Of a stretch of 64,000 bases of DNA, positions 55,595 to 64,000 are shown piece after piece. Position numbers and translations under genes: made by a program. Origin of the DNA: Octopus sinensis (lineage: Eukaryota). Position 1 is the stretch's first letter. Every line of letters starts with the position of its first letter. A model generated the notes under the pieces. It worked only from the letters and a program-made list of their open reading frames with translations. It made no database searches and was not told the origin of the DNA. The stretch covers positions 24,304,001-24,368,000 of the forward strand of contig NC_042997.1 in the NCBI RefSeq assembly GCF_006345805.1, in the 5' to 3' direction.

Positions 55595-55841
55595 AGGCGG
55601 TGAGCTGGCAGAAGCGTTATCACGCCGGGCGAAATGCTAAGCGGTATTTCATCTGCCGCTACGTTCTGAGTTCAAATTCTGCCGAGGTCGACTTTGCCTT
55701 TCATCCTTTCTGGATCGATAAATTAAGGACCAGTTACGCACTGGGGTCGATATTATCGACTTAATCCTTTGTCTGTCCTTGTGTCTCCCCTCGTGTCTCT
55801 CTCTCTCTCTCTCTTCTCCTCTCCTCATCTCTCTCTCTCTC

Positions 55842-55905
<64 letters not shown>

Positions 55906-56122
55906 AACTGAAATGCGTTTTTACCGCTTGGATCGCTTTCAATGCCACTACGTCCCGTCCGATTCGCTCCAAAATTTACAGGGACATGTAGAATGAGGTG
56001 ACGATGCCCGTGGGCTACCTTAGAAATCCCTATCTTAAAAGGTGTGGTTGCTAGGGGCCATCTTCCTCACTCACGCTATTTCCTTGTGGGCCTCTTGTGG
56101 GCAGTAAAGAAATAAGAAATCC
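55595..56122 (+). mobile_element. SINE-A with microsatellites and a ~180-bp insert in its tail
   Basis: TSD TTGCATAAAAG at 55586-55596 and 56123-56133; tail resumes at ~56086. Confidence 0.85.
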
Positions 56123-58569
56123 TTGCATAAAAGTGAATGCATTTACGACAACATTCCAACTAATAACGGTACATTTATGAAGATGTGATTAACTATAAGA
56201 GGGTCTCAAATACACTCACACACACATGCAAATATACGCACACTCATACACACACATGTGTACACACACATGTGTACACACACACGCGTATTTACATACT
56301 AACACATAGAAACACATTTGTAGGCACAAGGTTAAAGAGTAACGTAAATTGTATTCGTTTGGAAATCATTTACTGCAGACCTTTACTCGGTTGCTCTATT
56401 GATTCTTAAATTAGGAGAAGCTGACCCCGAGAAGAAGAATTTGAAATAAAGAGGCAGAAATTTTATTTAAAGAGAAATATTTGAAATATTATCAGTTCAG
56501 TTGGGTAAGTTCAACCCAGGGATATGTGATTTGTACATTGTGAATGTTTATGAAATAGATGCTAATATACACAAATAGAAGGGCAATCACTAATTGAAAG
56601 TTCACAATAAAAATTTAAAAAACAATCTTCAGACGTAATGCTAATTAGATCTGTGCAATTATTGAGATTTGAAAGCATATATTGATATGCTTTTCAAATC
56701 GAGATATTACCAACAAAGAGAACTTGTCACCTTACCTATTAGCAATGAATAGTTCATCGCAACATAAAACCGGAGATGAAATTGAAGGAGATCCTCCAGA
56801 ATACCAAATTATCTCTTGGGTTCGACAGAACAACGGTCATGAACATGGAAACACTTACTCGTTGATTTGGAAGCTTCTACTATGGTTCAAAATTCATGGA
56901 AGAGATGTTGTTTTTAAACGTTTCAAAACCACTTCCAAAGACGTAAAAGATGTTATAAGAGGATTACTTAATAGATATCGATATTGCAACAAGTAACATG
57001 CTGTTTAGAGCTGTGGATGGCGAATTAAAGAAGTACTGAAGCGTCTGAAAGTTGACAACGCTGTTATCAATGTTGAGAGAGAGTTGGTGAGTGAAAGAGA
57101 GAGATTAGTAGATACGTTTGATGATGTAATGATCTAGGTAATAAATTTGGAAATTTGACAGAAAGGCAATTCCAAGAAGTTTGTACGTTAAGAAGCAAGG
57201 TTACGTGAGACGGCTTATAAACACCCATGTACAATGGTTATTAACAGACAAACACCGATATGCTACTCTGATATTGAAAGAAATTGTGAAAACTTAGACT
57301 TCATGAATTTGAATTGATTTTTGAAGGCTAAAATTCTGTGAAATAACCTCCTTACTTAATACATCACTGCTTTTGATGCTTGACAGATAATCTCAAGAGA
57401 CCTCTCCGGCTTACATGATCCGGGTGAAAGATTGTCTGGTTTCAAAACAATCTTCTGTTCTATAGGGATAATTTCTGTTCTATAGGGAAAATAGTGACCG
57501 CCTCACCAAAATGATATCACATCAAATCAACGATCTAATGGGGCTACAAAAGTATGTCATTGCGAAACTACTCCATCCTTCAAAACATCACTACATGTGT
57601 AATGGACCTCTGAAATGTTGCAACGTATGACAAGTTATTTACAAAGCATCAGCAAAAATATTTGTGCCTCTCGAGAACGTACATAATTATATAAGTTTTT
57701 TGTACCGTTAGGAATATGGTGACTAAGAATCAAAGATGCTCCAATATTCAAGAGCTAGCTGACCTTCAAGCAAACCTAATCGGATTTCTTCTTTGGTATT
57801 CATGTTTAGTTTCCCCGAACATAAGTGAACATGGGCATAAATTCAAATGTGTTTTGTGATATGAGGATTTCATTATAACCATTTATTTCTTTTGATGCTT
57901 CTTGATAAAACGCTTTTCCAAGAATATATTTCGGCATTAAATTAAATGGATATTTTTATGATCCTTTGAAATAAGGATTTCTCCTTACATTTGTTTTCTG
58001 TTAATAAAGAAATTTTATGAAATGCTCTCTAGAAATGCTTTAGAAATGCTTCAGTAATTACAACTACAAATGTATAATGCCGAAAAAAAAAAAAGAACTT
58101 CAGTCCAAAATGGTAGAAGTCGGGACACCTGAAATTGCAGATGGAGTAACAAAACGTAATATTCTGAGATCTTCCAGGTTGGACTATCCAGAGTAAATAA
58201 TTCGGAATAAGAATAATTCGGAATATAGGCTTTCTTAATGATGCCCAGATTCAGACAATCAGGAAAAGCCTCTGTGGTGGTGAGAATCTCGTGGAGAAAC
58301 GTAGGTGAAGACCAGCGAAAGCATAGCCAAGGTGGAGTTGTAATGGAGGAGAGGCTGGCCAATCGATTACATTTAAATTTAAAACTAATTTTAAAATACG
58401 TTTGTTCTGATGTTACGATCTATTTATTACAGTTCCAATACATTCCGTTTATCCGTGTATGGCAGTAAGCTGACCTTCCGCAAAGTTCTGCACACCAAGG
58501 ATGCATATGACCAAGCCGTATGTGTGCGCGTAAGTACGATTGTATCTATCTATGTAAGTATGTATATAT

Positions 58570-58749
58570 GTCATTATGCAGATTTATTTCAAGATTTCTT
58601 GCTAATAGAAAAAGAGTCGGTTTTTAACCTAGATCCAATGCTCCTTCATTGGAATTTCAACATCTACAACTGGGTATTTTTGTTGGTATGAATGTCATTA
58701 TTCCGTTTATTTCAAGATTCCTTGCCAATAGAGAAAGAACCGGTTTCTG

Positions 58750-58750
<1 letters not shown>
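58570..58750 (+). repeat. Unclassified dispersed repeat next to (ATGT)n
   Basis: TCATTATTCCGTTTATTTCAAGATTTCTTG..ATAGAGAAAGAAC..AACCTAGAT..TGGAATTTCAACATC at 6521-6617, 58570-58662 and partly 58694-58748. Confidence 0.75.
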
Positions 58751-58783
<33 letters not shown>

Positions 58784-59777
58784 TGTATGTATGTATGTAT
58801 GTATGTATGTATGTATGTAGGTAGGTATGTATGTATGCATGCATGTAGGTTCTCTTCTGTTTTCCATTATGTGAATTCTCCCTCTAAAGGAGTTGGTTTC
58901 TAAAAAAAAAAAATACAAAGATCCATCGTTGAAATGTAGATAACAAGGAATGTCACATTTCAAACATAAGGAAAGTCTTGCACATTTATATTCTTCCTCT
59001 TACAAATTGTATTTGTAACGTAGGAGTTCGTTGATTCCTTTCTCTGAAAAACCTTAGCTTATCCAAATTGTCGCTATTAAGCGTTTAGTTACTTAAACAA
59101 AATGCACCAACTATGGTGTTTGTAAATGTGAATGTGAATTTATGCACTGGATATAGAAGCTGGCGATTTCAAAGTAGTTATCCATCATGCTATACTTCGT
59201 CTTATCGTTTGATAGTGGGATACGCTAGAACATATATAAACGCGTAGTTACTGATTTGTTCTTCACTCTAGCATTTTAGTACAATCACCTTAGTCGCTTG
59301 TAACTTCGTAAAATGCATGACATTCATTACTTCCCATGTGACTCTCCCTAAGTTTCAGATGGGAAATGTTGAACCTCATGGGAACTGTGTTGTTTAGACG
59401 TTTTTTAGAATGTGGAATTCATAAATGATTGTATTATGTTGTGAATCTTGGTATCAATATCTAATGAGTTAAAAACAAGATTAATCAAAATATTAAACTT
59501 CAAGTTCATAATAATTTTCATTATGACCATTTTGATTTTATTCGCTTAATTTTATATCTGGAAAATTTAGGTCACCTCCCGAGTGATATCAACAATCATC
59601 ATATGTTTCTTGTTTCTCTTTTTACTCTAAATATTATGAAATATGTCTCTCTCTCTCTCTCTCTCGTCTCTCTCTCTCTAATATATATATATATAATATA
59701 TAATATATATTATAGTATATATATGTATAATATTTATATATATATACATATATATATACATATGTATATTGCGAATA

Positions 59778-59818
<41 letters not shown>

Positions 59819-59832
59819 CTATACATACATAC

Positions 59833-59864
<32 letters not shown>

Positions 59865-60833
59865 GTACGTGTATATGAATACATATACATACATGCAAGG
59901 TGTTGGATGACAAATAAATATCCTTGGGGAATAAAGTAGTGATCAACTTTGCCACAAGTTCGACATCAAAGAATGCAATGCTTTAATGAAGATGGATTAA
60001 AAAGTAAACGATATACATAGTATAATTTTCATTTATTAAGCCTTGTCTGAAATCTCATTAGTACACACCTTAATACATCATAGATTTGATTATCACCACT
60101 ATACATATAAGAGAACATACAAATAGAGATAATAAGGATACACATAGGTACGCATGCATACAGACATACACTTACATTCATATGTATACGTACGAAAGTG
60201 TATGACGACATATACAAACGCATCTGTATAGACATCTATTCATACACACGTTTGTATAGAAATGTGTTAGAATGAGTTGATTCTGCGTACAGAAGCAAAC
60301 ATCTAAATCTACTATTATGAAGCTGACAAAGAAATGAATACGTTTATTATTCATATTACAACAAGCTATTCGAGGTAGAAAAAAAAACTAAATGTTTATA
60401 GGCAAATATAAAAACGAATATTACAATATACTGTGTAAAAGTGTTTTACTTTCTCTATTTTCTTTTTATCGTTATTTTTTGTTTTGTTTTCAGTGTCTAT
60501 TTCTCTTTTTCTTCCTCAGACACACTCTTCCTCTTTATGTTATGCTCACATTTAATAAATATTCTTTTGAGAATATGACTTAGAAAATAAAATTCAATGA
60601 AAAGCAAGAAATGTGTTATGATATTAATACGACAAAACTTCAAAATGAGATAGACGTTAGACCTACATAAAATGGGTAGGAACACAAGGGATTAAAAGTG
60701 TACATACAACGCAGAAAAAAAGATACGATGGCTCTCATTATCCCCCCGCTGTCTCTCTTCACACATACACGCACACACATACACAGACACACGCAAGCAC
60801 AAACATATATATACGTACGTATGCAAATATCTG

Positions 60834-60918
<85 letters not shown>

Positions 60919-61844
60919 ATGTATAGACACATACACACATACTGCTGGAAAATCACGCAGGACTATGATGTCTTTGCCGTGGAATCAAGTAAATTGTTCA
61001 ATACTGTGACACTACTATATTAAACTATTAAACAAGTCCATAATAATGAAAATTAATGAACAGAAGCTCCATTTATATAACCTTTGGGACGGTGGAGATA
61101 GTCGCGTCTATAGATTGCCGACTCAAATACATTGGGGTATTAAGTTTACTCCAACTCAGTTTCGAGTTAAAATCCTCCTGTCGGCGTCCATTATGTCCTT
61201 TGTCTTGTGGGATTTATAAAAATATGTAGATACTATAAACATATCTGACTTTAATCGATGAAATGTTTTATGAAGTGCGGCGGATGGAATGAAGGAATAG
61301 AACAACAGGTTTATTCTATGCTTTGATTTTCTTCTAATTTTGAGTATATTCAGTTAAAATTCATTTAGATTTCGTTGGAAAAGATATCTGTAATACTTCG
61401 GGGATTAGTTATATCGACTAAACCTTTTTATAAAATGGTTTTCTAATTCACTGTTGTAAGTTATAATAGCAGAATAAATAAATAAAAGTTGTTCTTTACT
61501 TAATGCTTACATTCTTATACCTTTGTCTTTATAAGGAAGGGTCTGTCGCATTCCATTTTCAGGCCCTCCGATAAAGAGGAGATCCACGTGGTTAATGTCT
61601 CTTAATTAGATGTGAATGGACTGCGAGAATTCTAGAAAATAAAGAGGATTCTAAGGTGAAAGGCAACGTCATACCATATACATACATGTTCAGACATATT
61701 GGTTTGTATGGAGCCTGACTGTGAAGAGAGTCTGGGTGTTGAGAAGGGGAGTAAGGAAGGGTGGGAAGTGTCTGTGTAGGTGTGTATGAGACTCGTCAGC
61801 TCTGATCAACAGAATGCATTGTTGACGCGGTAGAAATGACAGGA

Positions 61845-62647
61845 AGAAAGCGCCGATCTAGCAGAAACGTTAGCACACCGGGCGGAATGCTTAGCGGTTT
61901 AGCGATATTTTGTTACGTTCTGAGTTCAAATTCCGCCGAGGTCGACTTTGCCTTTCATCCTTTCGGGGTCGAAACATTAAGTACCAGTTACGCACTGGGG
62001 TCGATATAATCGACTTAATCCCTTTGTCTGTTCTTGTTTGTCCTCTCTGTGTTTATCCCCTTGTGGGTAGTAAAGAAATAGGCATTTTGTCTGTCGCTAC
62101 CCTTTGAGTTCAAATCCCGGTGAGGTGGGCTTTGCTTTTCATCCTTTCGGGGTCGATTAAATAAGTACCAGTTACGTATTGGGGTCGATGTGATCGACTC
62201 AATCCGTTTTTCCCCCTCTCTTTGTGGCCCCTTGTGGGCAGTAAAGAAAAAAAAACGTTAGCACGCCGGACGAAATGCTTAGTGGTATTTCGTCTGCCGC
62301 TACGTTCTGAGTTCAAATTCCGCCGAGGTCGACTTGTCTTTCATCCTTTCGGGGTCGATTAAAGAAGTACCAGTTACAGCACTGGGGTCGATGGAATAGA
62401 CTTAATACCTATGTCCGTCCTTGTTTGTCTCCTCTATGTTTAGCCCCTTGTGGGTAATAAATAAATAGGTATATCGTCTGCCGCTACGGTCTAAGTTCAA
62501 ATTCCGCCGAGGTCGACTTTGTCTTTCATCGGGGTCGATAAATTAAGTACCAGTTACGCACTGGGGTCGATATAATCGACTTAATTCGTTTGTCTATCCT
62601 TGTTTGTCCACCCCGGTGTGTAGCCCTTGTGGGCAGTAAAGAAATAC
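61845..62647 (+). mobile_element. SINE-A tetramer within one TSD pair
   Basis: TSD GAAATGACAGGA at 61833-61844 and 62648-62659; junctions at 62080/62081, ~62250, 62467/62468. Confidence 0.9.
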
Positions 62648-63022
62648 GAAATGACAGGAGGAAGCCCAAATACTGCGACTTAATGTTAATCACCCGGGTG
62701 GCCTTTTGTGCTGACTGTAATATCGGTATGGGTAGCATGAGTACCGTCCATCTAGAGGAGTAGTCCTCTCTTGTGAGCTTGTTGTTGATTAGCGCCAAGT
62801 CAGCATTGAACGCAGATTCACGATCAAAGTTGTTCGAGCTGTGAACATTCTGAATTTTTCTTTCTTTACAGAAATGGTTTTCGAGATATTCAGTATCTTC
62901 ACAAAATAGCGAAATCTTCGACATGTTTAGTGACTCGGTTAATTTACAACACACCAAATCTACTCTTGTCAACTACCCTTGTCAAGACATGTATATAAAT
63001 GAGGCTTTTTTTCGTTTATGAT

Positions 63023-63484
63023 TCATATACCTTCTTCGGTCGTGAATGACCATGGGATTGCACCTAGAAAGTTACCCTCCGAGGCACATGACTGGGCAAG
63101 GTTGGTTATAGAAGACCAGCAGTGGCCCACGCATGCCAGCCTCTCCTCTCCACGCCACCGATGTTATCCATGGGAAAGGCAAAGGCCGATACAGCTTGGC
63201 ACCATTGACGTCGCAGCTCATTCATTAACGCGCAATTGGCTGAGCACTCCACAGACACGTGTACCCTTAACATAGTACATAGGTACAACAGAAACAGGAA
63301 GAAAGAGTGAGAGAAAGTTGTGGTGAAAGAGTACAGCAGGGTTCACCACCACCCCCTGCCGGAACTCCGTGGAGCTTTAGGTGTTTTCCTTCAATAAAAA
63401 CTCAGAATGCCTGGTCTGGGAATCGAAACCGCGATCCTACAATCGCGATTCCGCTGTCCTAACCACTGGGCCATTGCGCCTCCA
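63023..63484 (-). mobile_element. SINE-C, tail type 3
   Basis: SINE-C head and body (with deletion) then a different ~200-bp tail; TSD TTCGTTTATGAT at 63011-63022 and 63485-63496. Confidence 0.88.
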
Positions 63485-64000
63485 TTCGTTTATGATATAG
63501 ATAGTTGAATTTACCGTGTTACATTTTCTATATATTTTTGATAACAATCAAAATGAATGTTCTAAAATATGAAGCTCATTACTTATGCTTTTCCTATTGT
63601 CCCATCTACATATGTCTGCAGTAATTTTGAGGCGAAGAGACTAGTCAATATAATCTACCGAGGCACTTGCTCTGTGCTTTGTATTATAAACCCTGAAAGG
63701 ATAAACGGCAAAGTTTGCTATGGTGGGATTTGAAATCATTTGTTATGATCCAGTAGAAATACACCAGGGCATGTTTTCCGACACCCTAAAAATTTTCACA
63801 GTACACAGCCTTTCATATGACTTTACTAATTTCGACGAATTCCATAACTGAAACTTGGAATTTAGTGCAGACAGTTTGAAAGCGAGTAGAGATAAAACAA
63901 ATGCAGAAGATTCAAGTATAACCTAAACCATCATACATCTGTTTTTTTTTTTATTAAATTGCTGAGTCATTGGAATGTGGATATACTGGGGCAGCGCCTT

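Overview
AT-rich eukaryotic DNA packed with microsatellites and transposable elements. No intact protein-coding gene, tRNA/rRNA gene or CRISPR array can be supported. The repeat families resemble those I recall from octopod cephalopod genomes (inference, not verified). Contents: four tRNA-headed SINE families (working labels SINE-A to SINE-D), fragments of CR1/L2-group, R4/Dong-like and Tx1/L1-like LINEs, mariner derivatives, two non-autonomous Helitrons, and a few weak candidate exons. Most listed ORFs are microsatellite translations. Main leads: (1) SINE-D, a Pol III tRNA-headed element whose 3' part folds as a minimal type I hammerhead ribozyme, with the catalytic core intact at 40829-40874 (minus strand). 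(2) Two diverged Tx1-like LINEs inserted one after the other in one (ATCT)n array, suggesting microsatellite targeting. (3) The abundant SINE-A shares its 3' tail with that Tx1 LINE (36/42 nt) and occurs as multimers with recurrent junctions. All alignments and folds were done by eye.
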